64,000 nt of DNA from an uncultured Lachnospiraceae bacterium (GCA_902766365.1 CACXDC010000011.1:29323-93322), one strand, 5' to 3'. Shown: positions 54,755 through 64,000, numbered from the stretch's first letter. Translations and numbers: made by a program. The notes: generated from the letters alone by a model not told the origin.

Positions 54755-56824
54755 TTATAGAGAAGTAAGTAAGGGCTCATTCAGTTCTTCACAGCCGGGA
54801 AGCACGAATATTCCATCTTCGATCACAGTAATCACCTGTTCCTCTTTTGTGACCACACTGATCTCTCCCAGTTCGTCAAAAGGGATCGTGATATCCGTAT
54901 GACAGTTAAAATAAGCCTTTCCCGGATCCGTTTTTCGAAGGATTGAGCACTCGTTATCCCTGGCAATGATCTCTTTTCCATCCGGATTAAAGACTGCCAC
55001 ATCCTCTGCATGGGAATAGCAGGTATCTCCCACTGCAAAATGCGGTCCTGTCTTTTCTGCGATCAGGATCGGCAGTTTATCCTCGATCTGATATTTTCTG
55101 GCTGCCACATAGGCTGTGGTATTGGTGCCGATGGCAAATTCCCCAATCGGAAGTGTATCATGGTGGAACAGAATATTGTCCCTGATATATTTCCTGTTCT
55201 TTTCCTCTTCATCAAAATTGCCACAGGTATAATCCTTTATCTTTCCGTCTTCAAACTTCAGGGAAAGATCACGGAACTCCAATTCGTTTAAGAATACCCT
55301 CGTCACATGGAGCGTTCCCTCTGTACCGGTCAGTACGGGAGAAGTAAACACCTCACCCACCGGGATATTCACATCTGCCACGCAGTTTTCAAAGTTCGTC
55401 TGATGTGCTGCATCTTCCAGGGGATGCAGCATGATCTTCATATTGGTCCGGTTTGCTCCCCTTCCCTTTACGATCACGTACTTTCCAAGATCAAGGGTAT
55501 CTATGATCTTCTGCTGGATCTTCTGATATTTCTGATAATTCAGGGTATTGATCCGGATCACCTCATCAAAGATCTCCGGATATTTCTCTCCGATCTCCGG
55601 TGTCGGGAAAGCAATAATGGTAAAGCTTCTTTCCTCCCCCTTAATATAACGGTTCTGGATCTCACCGGCCTGTGACATATACTCTACAGAAAGCTTCTGC
55701 TGACTCTCTGATAAATGCACGGCTTCTTCCTTTTCTTTCAGATCTTCCGGTGCTTCTCCGAATACCTCTACTACAGCAGGGCCTCCAAAATAACCGGCCT
55801 GCTCCTTAAACTCTTCAAAGCACTCCTGCCATGCCTCCAGTCTGACCTGCACAAGGCGTTTGTCCAAAAACAGTCCGATATCATCCTTATGATCAAAATC
55901 ATACTGCTTATTGGGAATCGCCCCGAAATAACCATTCCTGTTCAGGCTCTTTCCCATCAGGAGGCTTGCCGGAGCCCGGTAGATCACAGGCTCAAGCCCC
56001 ATGGCTTCAAAATTCCTGATAGCCTTCAGGATCATTCTTTCAAAGCCAAGCGTATATCTGATATTTACGATTCTTTTCTTACTGATATCCTTATTTCCCA
56101 TCAGGAAGCCGATCCGGTACCCTTCCGTATAGGTATCTGCCATCAGATCTATGGTTTCCTGTGGCAGTTCCTTCAGATGCTCCCATGTCCTTAACTCATT
56201 TTCTGTAATATACTCTCCGAAAGCATACAGAAAGTTTGGCGTTTCAAGACTGTTCTCTCTCAGCACCTTCCATGCAAAATCCTGCTTTGGCAGGAACATG
56301 CCCTCTAACTTCTTCCGGAAGGAATCTCTGGTATAATCACTGACAAAATAATAAATATCTTCTCTGACAGCTTCATAGGAAGGGATCTTCTCTTCATCCA
56401 GAAGGCTTCCTTCAAAAGCACTGTATACCTGCAAAAACAGTTCCAGCCTGATCAGAATCTCTTCCTCCTGCTGTTCATGGCAGAATGGAATCAGGCTCCG
56501 CATCTCCGTATACAGGAAGGAAAACAGCCTGCCATACTCTTCTCCCAGCACTTTCACACTGTACACCGGATTTCCATAACTTTCCCCATAATGTGCCGGA
56601 AGAATATCCTCATACAGACTGTAATTTCTTTTCTGCAGTTCGGAAAGTTCTGCCTTTTGCAGCCCTCCCTCTGCAACAAAGGCTGCCTGATCAAGAACCA
56701 GCTTCAAAAACTCTGCCACCTTCCGGAAATACTCTGCAAATACCTCCGGCATATCTGCAACTACGTCTTTTCCCTCTGCAATTTCATAAATTCTGGTCTT
56801 CGCCAGCAAAAATCTTTCTTCCAT
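54755..56824 (-). CDS. M29-family (AmpS/PepS-like) aminopeptidase with a long N-terminal extension
   Basis: The C-terminal ~330 aa show the thermophilic metalloprotease pattern (VNIPVGEVFTSP, EFAIGTN, GPHFAVGD). Confidence 0.7.
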   Translation of the reverse strand: MEERFLLAKTRIYEIAEGKDVVADMPEVFAEYFRKVAEFLKLVLDQAAFVAEGGLQKAELSELQKRNYSLYEDILPAHYGESYGNPVYSVKVLGEEYGRLFSFLYTEMRSLIPFCHEQQEEEILIRLELFLQVYSAFEGSLLDEEKIPSYEAVREDIYYFVSDYTRDSFRKKLEGMFLPKQDFAWKVLRENSLETPNFLYAFGEYITENELRTWEHLKELPQETIDLMADTYTEGYRIGFLMGNKDISKKRIVNIRYTLGFERMILKAIRNFEAMGLEPVIYRAPASLLMGKSLNRNGYFGAIPNKQYDFDHKDDIGLFLDKRLVQVRLEAWQECFEEFKEQAGYFGGPAVVEVFGEAPEDLKEKEEAVHLSESQQKLSVEYMSQAGEIQNRYIKGEERSFTIIAFPTPEIGEKYPEIFDEVIRINTLNYQKYQKIQQKIIDTLDLGKYVIVKGRGANRTNMKIMLHPLEDAAHQTNFENCVADVNIPVGEVFTSPVLTGTEGTLHVTRVFLNELEFRDLSLKFEDGKIKDYTCGNFDEEEKNRKYIRDNILFHHDTLPIGEFAIGTNTTAYVAARKYQIEDKLPILIAEKTGPHFAVGDTCYSHAEDVAVFNPDGKEIIARDNECSILRKTDPGKAYFNCHTDITIPFDELGEISVVTKEEQVITVIEDGIFVLPGCEELNEPLLTSL

Positions 56825-57144
56825 CAGCTTACATACGCTCCTGCATACAAAATCAGACTCAAAGCAAAAAAGGCAAGTACATTTACAATAATACCCAGTA
56901 CCGGAAACAGCTTAAAGGTTTCCTTCTCCCGGAAGGACATAATCCCAAGGATCAATCCGGCTGTCATGAAAACACTCGCCAGAACGCCGGCTGCCCCATA
57001 CCTTGCTGATGATACTCCTTTTCCCTGATAGGACAGATAAACTGCCATGACATAGGTTCCAAGGGAAAGGATCCCAAGGATAAAGGACATGATCCCCTTT
57101 TCCGGGTGTTTTTTATTTGTAAAGATATAACCTCGAAATCCCAT
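56824..57144 (-). CDS. Small polytopic membrane protein
   Basis: Three hydrophobic helices. AAGGA lies 7 nt before ATG 57144; the track start at 57162 is a TTG. Confidence 0.5.
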   Translation of the reverse strand: MGFRGYIFTNKKHPEKGIMSFILGILSLGTYVMAVYLSYQGKGVSSARYGAAGVLASVFMTAGLILGIMSFREKETFKLFPVLGIIVNVLAFFALSLILYAGAYVS

Positions 57145-57190
57145 ACATATTCCTTTCTGCAATATCAGTTCCTTATGGGGTGTCCTGCGA

Positions 57191-57219
57191 CAAAAGGCAT
57201 TCCTGCCATCAGGAATGCC
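57191..57219 (-). terminator. Intrinsic terminator after the 50-aa ORF
   Basis: The minus strand reads GGCATTCCTG-ATGG-CAGGAATGCC followed by TTTTG. Confidence 0.65.
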
Positions 57220-57227
57220 CTCTCTTG

Positions 57228-57380
57228 TTAAAATAATATTTTTGACTTTCCAAGAAGGAGCTTTGCTCCACTTACGATCATCAGGATGCCGCAGACAAGT
57301 CCGGCTACCAGTGTAACTACTCCAACAGCAATGCTTGTAGCTCCGCTGCCACTCATGATCTTATACGTTTTTTCTTCCAT
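57228..57380 (-). CDS. 50-aa membrane peptide (not in the ORF track)
   Basis: Manual translation gives MEEKTYKIMSGSGATSIAVGVVTLVAGLVCGILMIVSGAKLLLGKSKILF. It has one TM helix and its own terminator, but only a weak RBS. Confidence 0.4.
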   Translation of the reverse strand: MEEKTYKIMSGSGATSIAVGVVTLVAGLVCGILMIVSGAKLLLGKSKILF

Positions 57381-57407
57381 ACTAAGCCATCGCCTTTCTA
57401 CATCAGT

Positions 57408-58085
57408 TTACTGCTTTGCTCCATAAACAGCATAATAATCATCAATCTGTTTCTTACGTACTTCATCAATATAAACAGTTCCCTTGTATTCCTTCTGATA
57501 GAGATATTCTACCACATCTGCCATCGTTACGATAGCGTTGGCATCAAATCCGTATTTCTCTTTGATCTCACAGAGGGCACTCTTCTCTCCCTGTCCCTTT
57601 TCCATGCGGTTTAAGGATACCATCAGCCCTTTGATCTCCACATCTGCCTGCGCCTTGATGATCGGGAAGGTTTCTTCAATGGATTTACCGGAGGTTGTTA
57701 CATCCTCGATGATGACTACTCTGTCCCCGTCCTTTAGCTTACTGCCAAGAAGGATACCGGTATCTCCGTGATCCTTGACTTCCTTTCTGTTGGAACAGTA
57801 ACGGACATCCTTTCCATATAATTCACTGATCGCCATGGTGGTCGCTACAGAAAGAGGGATTCCCTTATAGGCAGGTCCAAAAAGGACATCAAAATCAAGT
57901 CCATAGTGGTCATGGATCGCCTTCGCATAATATTCACCGAGCCTGCGAAGCTGGGTGCCTGTCACATAAGCCCCTGCATTCATAAAAAAGGGGGATTTCC
58001 GTCCACTCTTCAAAGTAAAATCGCCAAATTTCAAAACCTGGCTGTCTATCATAAACTCTATAAATTCCTGCTTGTAGCTTTCCAT
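57408..58085 (-). CDS. pyrE: Orotate phosphoribosyltransferase
   Basis: The PRPP loop VVIIEDVTTSGKS, within a 225-aa type-I PRTase. Confidence 0.95.
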   Translation of the reverse strand: MESYKQEFIEFMIDSQVLKFGDFTLKSGRKSPFFMNAGAYVTGTQLRRLGEYYAKAIHDHYGLDFDVLFGPAYKGIPLSVATTMAISELYGKDVRYCSNRKEVKDHGDTGILLGSKLKDGDRVVIIEDVTTSGKSIEETFPIIKAQADVEIKGLMVSLNRMEKGQGEKSALCEIKEKYGFDANAIVTMADVVEYLYQKEYKGTVYIDEVRKKQIDDYYAVYGAKQ

Positions 58086-58206
58086 TCTGGTAAATCCTCC
58101 TTGTTTTACGTTCAGATTTTCTTTTCAATCATAACACCTGGCACCTGATTTTTCAACCGGCAAAAAAGCTGATGTAAAATGATTCACACCAGCCTTTCTT
58201 TTGTCA

Positions 58207-58986
58207 TTATCCTCTGAAATCAATATGCTGTCCGATCTGCTTTTCTTCTTCGGACTGCATGGTATACATTCTTTCATTCTGTGAATAGTCGTCGATCTTC
58301 TGCAGCAGTTCTTCAAGACTGGATGCCGTGATCGTAACCGTTTCCTCATCATCCCATGATGATTTGCCGGTACTGCTTTCCTTCAGCTTTTCTTCCTTTT
58401 GCTTCTTTTCCGCTTTCTTTTCTGCAGCCTTCTTCTCTGCCTTTGTTTTCTCTTTCTTCTTTTCGATCCTTGCCTTCTGGTCTGCGGAAGACTTCTTCAG
58501 GACTGCAAAGAAGCTTGTCAGTCCGCCGTCATTCACCTGCATGCCATAGCCCTTGACCTGTGCACCGGAAGCTGTCAGGGAACTCTTCATCTGCAAAAGC
58601 TTGCTGCCCGCTCCGCTGATCACCCCTTCATACTGCTTTCTGTAGGCTTCGTCCTCTGCCATACGCTCGATCTTGGCTTCATCGATCAGAACAACCATCT
58701 TACTGGCATTGGCATAGCTTGCTGCCTGTGCCTTGGCTGTCTCCTTCTGATCCTCGCTGACAAGAATGAAATCCATACCAGAAAACTTTTTCTTAAGCTG
58801 CTCATAATATTTGGCTGCTTTTTCGCTGAGTTTGGGATTCCCAATGGTCTTGCCGCTGACCTCTTTTTTCTCTGCCGCCGCACTGGTATAATCTGCAGCT
58901 GCTGCAGCTTCTGTGGCTGCCCCATAGCCTGATACTGTACTGCTCATTGTGATCTCCTCCGTGATTGTCTTTTCGCCAGAATCCAT
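58207..58986 (-). CDS. Hypothetical protein with a Lys/Glu-rich central segment
   Basis: 259-aa ORF. It has a low-complexity AEKKAAEKKAEKKQKEEK region. No catalytic motif was recognised. Confidence 0.5.
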   Translation of the reverse strand: MDSGEKTITEEITMSSTVSGYGAATEAAAAADYTSAAAEKKEVSGKTIGNPKLSEKAAKYYEQLKKKFSGMDFILVSEDQKETAKAQAASYANASKMVVLIDEAKIERMAEDEAYRKQYEGVISGAGSKLLQMKSSLTASGAQVKGYGMQVNDGGLTSFFAVLKKSSADQKARIEKKKEKTKAEKKAAEKKAEKKQKEEKLKESSTGKSSWDDEETVTITASSLEELLQKIDDYSQNERMYTMQSEEEKQIGQHIDFRG

Positions 58987-59046
58987 TCCGGCTCATTTTC
59001 AGGTTTCTGACATATATATCGTCAGAAATATTTCTGACATTAACCT

Positions 59047-59535
59047 TCACTCCAGAATCACCCTCCAGCTCTGAAGCAGTCTTTCCATCTGAAATGCCGC
59101 ATTAGCCGGACTGGTTGAGGGAAGCTTAATCGCCTCCATCCCTGTTTTTTCATACGAATATTTCATATACAGATCATAAGCTTTATTTCCATTTGCAAAG
59201 ATCTTCCTGACCGGTGCCTGTTTCAGGATCAGAGACAGATCTGTCGGAACCACATTTCTGATCGTACTGTCACTTGACCCTGCAATATCACACTCAGCGA
59301 TCACATCAAAAAGAGCTATATGATGTTCCAGCAGGATTTTCTTCTTTTCCTCTATGGTAACAGGAACTGCTTCTCCATAAAGCGCAGCTACTACTTTCCA
59401 GAATCTGTTCTGTTTATGCCCATAATAAAAATGCTGCTCCCGTGATTTCACAGAGGGCAGCGTTCCCAGAATCAATATTTCACTGTTCCGGTCGTATACC
59501 GGATCAAATTCATGACGTATGTGCTGATATTCCAT
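59047..59535 (-). CDS. DNA-deoxyinosine (hypoxanthine) glycosylase, UDG superfamily
   Basis: ILILGTLPSVKSREQHFYYGHKQNRFW and PSTSPAN. ATG 59535 overlaps the upstream stop codon in TGATG. Confidence 0.7.
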   Translation of the reverse strand: MEYQHIRHEFDPVYDRNSEILILGTLPSVKSREQHFYYGHKQNRFWKVVAALYGEAVPVTIEEKKKILLEHHIALFDVIAECDIAGSSDSTIRNVVPTDLSLILKQAPVRKIFANGNKAYDLYMKYSYEKTGMEAIKLPSTSPANAAFQMERLLQSWRVILE

Positions 59536-59942
59536 CAAAAACTCTTTCTGATCGTCAGACAGTTCTGGCCATCTTTGTATTCATATTTCATATCATCCAT
59601 TGTTTTACGGACAAGAAAGATTCCAAGTCCGCCTTCTTTTCGCTCCTCAATATCCGCAGAAATATCCGGATCCTGTCTTGTCAACGGGTCATAAGGAACT
59701 CCGGCATCCAGAAACATTAACTGCACACCATTTTCTTCCTGAAGCGCTTCTATCCTTACTGTGACAGATCCTGTTTTTTCCCCATAGGCATAGTAGGCAA
59801 TATTGCTTACGATTTCATCAACAGCAATATCGATCTGTATCCGCACCTTCATAGGGCAATCCAGCTTTTCCAGTTCTGCATTGACAAATTCCGTCACAGT
59901 TTCTATCTGCTCAACCCTGGCCTCTACTGTTAATTCTTTCAT
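59535..59942 (-). CDS. RsbW/SpoIIAB-like anti-sigma-type serine kinase (HATPase)
   Basis: N-box AVDEIVSNI, G1 DAGVPYD and G2 EGGLGIFLV, in a 135-aa protein. Confidence 0.75.
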   Translation of the reverse strand: MKELTVEARVEQIETVTEFVNAELEKLDCPMKVRIQIDIAVDEIVSNIAYYAYGEKTGSVTVRIEALQEENGVQLMFLDAGVPYDPLTRQDPDISADIEERKEGGLGIFLVRKTMDDMKYEYKDGQNCLTIRKSF

Positions 59943-60509
59943 TTACTGTTCTGTTCCTTTCTTTCCTGCATACAATCTGCCTGTCAGCATACAGGAAAAA
60001 ACTGCGCATAATGTTCCTATACAGATTCCTGCAAGTACATCTGTAGGAAAATGTACAAACAGATAGAGCCTTGAAAAGGCAATCAGAAAGGCAAGTATCA
60101 ATGCTGCGATCCCTGCTTTTCTGTCATGGAACAGGATGGATACCGCTGCCGCAAAGCTGCACACACTATGACCGGAAGGAAATGAACGAAACAGCTCTTT
60201 TTCCTTCATTTCTATCAACAGTCTGATATGATTTTCTTCCATATACTCCGTATAAAAATAAGGTCTTGGTCTCGCACAGATTCCTTTTAAGGTCAGGTCT
60301 GTGATCAGTGATCCGAAGAGCATAGCCAGCAATACAGAAATTCCACACTTTCTCGTTTTTGGCATAATCGTCAGGATCAGTCCTGTGAAGATCCAGAATT
60401 CACCATGATTATTAATCCATGAAAGGAAGATCAGCACCGGTGTCAGAAACTGTGTATGAAGCTCCTGTATCACGCGCAAAAGCTCCATTTCCCACCCAAA
60501 ATATGTCAT
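59943..60509 (-). CDS. PAP2-family membrane phosphatase
   Basis: KGICARPRP, SFPSGHS and SRLYLFVHFPTD. Confidence 0.8.
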   Translation of the reverse strand: MTYFGWEMELLRVIQELHTQFLTPVLIFLSWINNHGEFWIFTGLILTIMPKTRKCGISVLLAMLFGSLITDLTLKGICARPRPYFYTEYMEENHIRLLIEMKEKELFRSFPSGHSVCSFAAAVSILFHDRKAGIAALILAFLIAFSRLYLFVHFPTDVLAGICIGTLCAVFSCMLTGRLYAGKKGTEQ

Positions 60510-60519
60510 GTATCTCTCC

Positions 60520-61119
60520 CTAAAACTTCTTCTTTACTGTAATTTCAGCATGTCGTCCCTTCATACTGACAAGTACATCATCAGCAAGATTCGCTACAAT
60601 AGATCTTTCAAGTTCATCCCATCTGCCATCTTCTTCCTGCTCCTGTTTTTCATAGTCCCGCAGAGTCCAGGTCATGGCCTCACCACTTGTTACGCAGGCC
60701 GCATACATATCCTCCAGCTCGGAGATACAGATACCATTCTGTGCATAATATACACCTGTTTCTTCGTAATTATCCATACTCTCCTCAAAAAGAGCCCGGA
60801 TCTTCCCCATCAGGCCAGTCGCTGCTTCATTCCTCTTTCTGGAAGAAATCCCGATCAGCTTTTCTCTTCCCTCGCTGTTTCCTGGCTTTTCCATCTGCAG
60901 ATGAAGTTCAAAATTATTTTCATTTTCTACTTCTATCCAGAAGAGGCCCTTGCACTCCCCCGTCACGCCTTCTGCTATGCCGACCAGTTCTTCTGCAAGG
61001 AGACGGAGCTGCAGTTGTTCCTTATGTGACAGTCCACAATAAGAGGCTGTTTTTTCTACTTCTTCAAGAACAATATCTCTCCCTTTATGCTTATATAAAT
61101 AGCAGGTATCACTTTTCAC
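60520..61119 (-). CDS. Hypothetical protein (199 aa) inside the partner-switching operon
   Basis: Clean ORF with 10-16 nt gaps to its neighbours. No family was recognised. Confidence 0.45.
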   Translation of the reverse strand: MKSDTCYLYKHKGRDIVLEEVEKTASYCGLSHKEQLQLRLLAEELVGIAEGVTGECKGLFWIEVENENNFELHLQMEKPGNSEGREKLIGISSRKRNEAATGLMGKIRALFEESMDNYEETGVYYAQNGICISELEDMYAACVTSGEAMTWTLRDYEKQEQEEDGRWDELERSIVANLADDVLVSMKGRHAEITVKKKF

Positions 61120-61135
61120 TGCTCTTTCCTCCCTG

Positions 61136-61435
61136 TTACTGAATGTTAAGAATATCTGTAAAACCGGTTACCTCAAATACTTCCATGATCAGCTCATTCG
61201 CATGAAGAACCACCATGCTTCCCTGCTTATTCATGATCTTCTGTGCTGACAGAAGTACCCGTAATCCTGCAGATGAAATATACTCCAGCTTTGCAAGATC
61301 CACAGTCAGTTTCCTGACATCTGAAAGTTCCCCGTTGATCACTTTTTCAAGTTCCGGAGCTGTCATGGTATCCAGTCTGCCCTCCAGTTCCAGAATCATT
61401 TCATCTTCTTTTTTGGTCTTATTGATCTGCATCAT
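61136..61435 (-). CDS. STAS-domain anti-sigma-factor antagonist (SpoIIAA/RsbV-like)
   Basis: LELEGRLDTMTAPELE... with the phospho-serine context YISSAGLRVLL. AAGGAG precedes ATG 61435, and the longer ORF overlaps the upstream gene. Confidence 0.8.
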   Translation of the reverse strand: MMQINKTKKEDEMILELEGRLDTMTAPELEKVINGELSDVRKLTVDLAKLEYISSAGLRVLLSAQKIMNKQGSMVVLHANELIMEVFEVTGFTDILNIQ

Positions 61436-61463
61436 TTTTCTCCTTCCTGTATCTCTTCGCTTT

Positions 61464-62834
61464 TCAGCCTCTTCTTCGTTCAATTCCACTTGTATGATAA
61501 TACTCTCTTTTTTCTTCGTACATCTTTTCCTCTGCACGCTTCAGGAGTTCATCAATCCCGATACTGCCATCTTTTTCCCATGCAGCGCCGACAGCCATGA
61601 TCACCTTTGCTTCAGTCAGCAGTTGTTTCAGCATTTTCACCCGTTCAAGTAAAGTTGCCTCATCCATTTCACGACACAGGACAAGCAGTTCATCTCCACC
61701 GATCCGGAACAGTCCACAGCCATAAAAACTTTTCGCAAGGCATTCGCACGCATGGATGATAAGCCTGTCACCAGCCTCATGCCCCTCCGAATCATTAATC
61801 CTCTTTAATCCTGTGATATCACAGTATACAACACCAATACTTTCTCCTTTGTGCAGCTTCTCCACAAAATCATTCATGGCAAACCGGTTTCCAAATCCTG
61901 TCAGCGGATCGGAAAAACTCATCTTCTTAAGCTGCCTTAACAAATTCCTTCTTTTAATGGAAGACATAATAAAATGTCCCATGATCTGAAGCATATTGGA
62001 GGCATAACCAATGGATTTAACCGGCGGATTATCCACTCCGTAAAATCCGATCGGCTTTTTCCCTTCGTCATACAACGGCACTACCACCAGGGAACGGATA
62101 TCCTGTCGCTTCAGATTTTCATATTGCAGTGGATCATCCTCTCTGATATCTTCCAGATCTTCGATCATAATATTTCTGCTCTGATCAAAATTCTGATACC
62201 AGTTGGCACATACCTCCGGTGGCAGCCCCTGCAGATTTTCCTTCTCCGGTGTCACCCCTCTGGCAACCCATTCGTAGGTATTATCGTCTCCCCCTTCCGG
62301 ATTCTGTTCAAACACATAGGTTCTTTCCCCATCCAATGCCTTTCCCAGATATTCCAGAATGATATCAATAGATCCATCCGGGGTCGGAGCCTGCAGTGCC
62401 ATTCTTATCGCTTCATTGACCTGTGTTTCCAGCGTTTCATAGTTTCTGACAATTCCGGCAGCCTGCTTTTCAGAAGCATCATTTACTGCCATTTCAAAGC
62501 GGTATCTGTGTCCGTCTTCTACGATCATACTGTTTGTTACGATCATCGCTCTCTTCAATAACGGATCATAATATTTCCGCTCTGCAAACTCTCCTTCACA
62601 AAGTTCTGTATTGTTACAGACATTACAGGGCCTCCGGCTGTTCTGCAGCACCTCATAACACTTTTTCCCCTGGACTTCAGCCAAATCAGAAACACCATAT
62701 TCCTTTCTGGCTCTCCGGTTCAGATATATGACCTCAAAGGTATCCATATCAGAAACAGATACCAGATTATTCATATTTTCAAAAAATTCCCATATCTTTT
62801 TCATCTTTCCTGCCCTGTCAAAAAAGGGAACCAC
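61464..62834 (-). CDS. PAS/GAF-containing diguanylate cyclase (GGDEL variant)
   Basis: DPLTGFGNRFAM, GDRLI and FRIGGDELLVL. Confidence 0.8.
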   Translation of the reverse strand: MVPFFDRAGKMKKIWEFFENMNNLVSVSDMDTFEVIYLNRRARKEYGVSDLAEVQGKKCYEVLQNSRRPCNVCNNTELCEGEFAERKYYDPLLKRAMIVTNSMIVEDGHRYRFEMAVNDASEKQAAGIVRNYETLETQVNEAIRMALQAPTPDGSIDIILEYLGKALDGERTYVFEQNPEGGDDNTYEWVARGVTPEKENLQGLPPEVCANWYQNFDQSRNIMIEDLEDIREDDPLQYENLKRQDIRSLVVVPLYDEGKKPIGFYGVDNPPVKSIGYASNMLQIMGHFIMSSIKRRNLLRQLKKMSFSDPLTGFGNRFAMNDFVEKLHKGESIGVVYCDITGLKRINDSEGHEAGDRLIIHACECLAKSFYGCGLFRIGGDELLVLCREMDEATLLERVKMLKQLLTEAKVIMAVGAAWEKDGSIGIDELLKRAEEKMYEEKREYYHTSGIERRRG

Positions 62835-62848
62835 CGGTTCCCCTTTCT

Positions 62849-63784
62849 TTATCTGTTATTTAATGCCTGCTCAATATCTGCCTTCATATCTTCAACAGCT
62901 TTTCTGGAAGCCTCTGCAAAGTTTGCTTCCCCATAAGCTGCATACTTTTCCTGCTGATAAGCCGCAATGATACCTCTGGAGGAATTGATGAGCGCCCCAA
63001 GTCCGTCTTCATTGAAGAAGTGTACCAGATCAGCCCCTTTCCCTCCCTGTGCACCATAACCAGGCACAAGGATATAGCTCTTTGGCATGATCTTCCGTAA
63101 GGTCTTACCCATTTCAGGGTAAGTTGCACCGACGACTGCTCCGATATAGCTGTAATCATCGCCCATGTGCTCTTCGCCCCATTTTGCTACCTGCTCTCCA
63201 ACGATCTCATAAAGCGGTCTGTTATCTGCATCGGCAAGCCTTCTGTCCTGGAATTCTCCGCTGCTTGGATTGGAGGTCTTGACCAGTATAAAAAGACCCT
63301 TCTTTTCTTCCTGGCAAACCTTGATGAACGGCTTGATCCCGTCTGATCCAAGATAGGGATTGACCGTTGCAAAATCCTCATCAAATCCATAGTAGGAATG
63401 GCTGCCCACCTGTACTTTGCCAAGATGTCCTACGGCATAGGCTTCTGATGTAGATCCGATATCGCCTCTCTTCACATCTCCGATCACAACCAGTCCCTTT
63501 TCCTTACAGTAATCTACTGTCTTTTTGAAAGCCACAAGTCCCGGGATTCCAAACTGCTCATACATGGCGATCTGTGGTTTTACAGCCGGAACCAGATCAT
63601 AAATATGGTCTACGATCTCTTTATTATACTGAAATACTGCTTCTGCAGCACCTTCCAGTGTTTCTCCGTATTCTGCAAAAGCCTTTTTCTTAATCTGCTC
63701 CGGGATGTACTTCATCATAGGATCCAGTCCTACTACAATAGGTGCCCCGGTTTCTTTAATTTTTGCTATCAGTTTATTGATCAT
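62849..63784 (-). CDS. pyrF: Orotidine 5'-phosphate decarboxylase (long, type 2)
   Basis: IVVGLDP, FKKTVDY...GDVKRGDIGST, in a 311-aa protein. Confidence 0.9.
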   Translation of the reverse strand: MINKLIAKIKETGAPIVVGLDPMMKYIPEQIKKKAFAEYGETLEGAAEAVFQYNKEIVDHIYDLVPAVKPQIAMYEQFGIPGLVAFKKTVDYCKEKGLVVIGDVKRGDIGSTSEAYAVGHLGKVQVGSHSYYGFDEDFATVNPYLGSDGIKPFIKVCQEEKKGLFILVKTSNPSSGEFQDRRLADADNRPLYEIVGEQVAKWGEEHMGDDYSYIGAVVGATYPEMGKTLRKIMPKSYILVPGYGAQGGKGADLVHFFNEDGLGALINSSRGIIAAYQQEKYAAYGEANFAEASRKAVEDMKADIEQALNNR

Positions 63785-63786
63785 TG

Positions 63787-64000
63787 TTATCCTCCAATAT
63801 ATGCTCTGGCCGCTTCTTCATAACCAGCCTGCAAAAGTACTCTTCTTACACTTTCCTTTATATCCGATGCCAGAATCCCTTCCTCTGTGATCCGCCCCTG
63901 AAAATCTGCTGTTACCCTCAGCGCCAGAAGATCTGCTTCATCATGTCCGTCTCTTCTGTCAGTTGCCAGAAAGGCCCTCATGATCGCATCACTGATCTTC
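63787..64000 (-). CDS. 3' end of an unidentified gene continuing beyond the right window edge
   Basis: The frame stays open upstream of the listed Met (KISDAIMRAFLATDRR...). The stop is 2 nt before the pyrF start. Confidence 0.4.
   Translation of the reverse strand, partial: KISDAIMRAFLATDRRDGHDEADLLALRVTADFQGRITEEGILASDIKESVRRVLLQAGYEEAARAYIGG

Overview
This is a 64-kb chromosomal segment whose gene content looks like a Clostridia (Lachnospiraceae-like) Firmicute. That placement is an inference from protein families read by eye; no searches were run. It holds about 55 protein genes, all but two on the minus strand, plus one tRNA-Trp. Core metabolism dominates: carAB, purL, purE-purM-purN-purD, pyrF, pyrE, radA, clpC, malQ with a GH13 amylase, and a GH2 beta-mannosidase. 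Accessory content includes an iron-chelate-type ABC importer and two metal-efflux operons whose repressor operators can be read directly (csoR-copA; HMA gene-P1B ATPase-arsR/smtB). It also includes chemotaxis and c-di-GMP signalling genes, a partner-switching operon wedged between pyrF and pyrE, and a decayed AT-rich segment next to tRNA-Trp. The best candidate for a novel system is an AT-rich two-gene islet at 6.7-8.3 kb. It encodes an MqsR-like toxin and a tripartite antitoxin (MqsA-like Zn-ribbon, XRE HTH, Panacea/DUF4065) behind a textbook promoter carrying two palindromic operators. Other points of interest are:
- three ORFs absent from the supplied track (an edge-truncated SUV3-like helicase, a 45-aa Cys-rich membrane peptide, a 50-aa membrane peptide);
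- a two-copy intergenic repeat, one copy carrying a 70-nt structured insertion;
- a terminator-capped structured RNA candidate;
- tandem repeats upstream of purE and at the 5' end of malQ;
- a copA-copZ fusion;
- a Walker B Asp-to-Val codon in ClpC.
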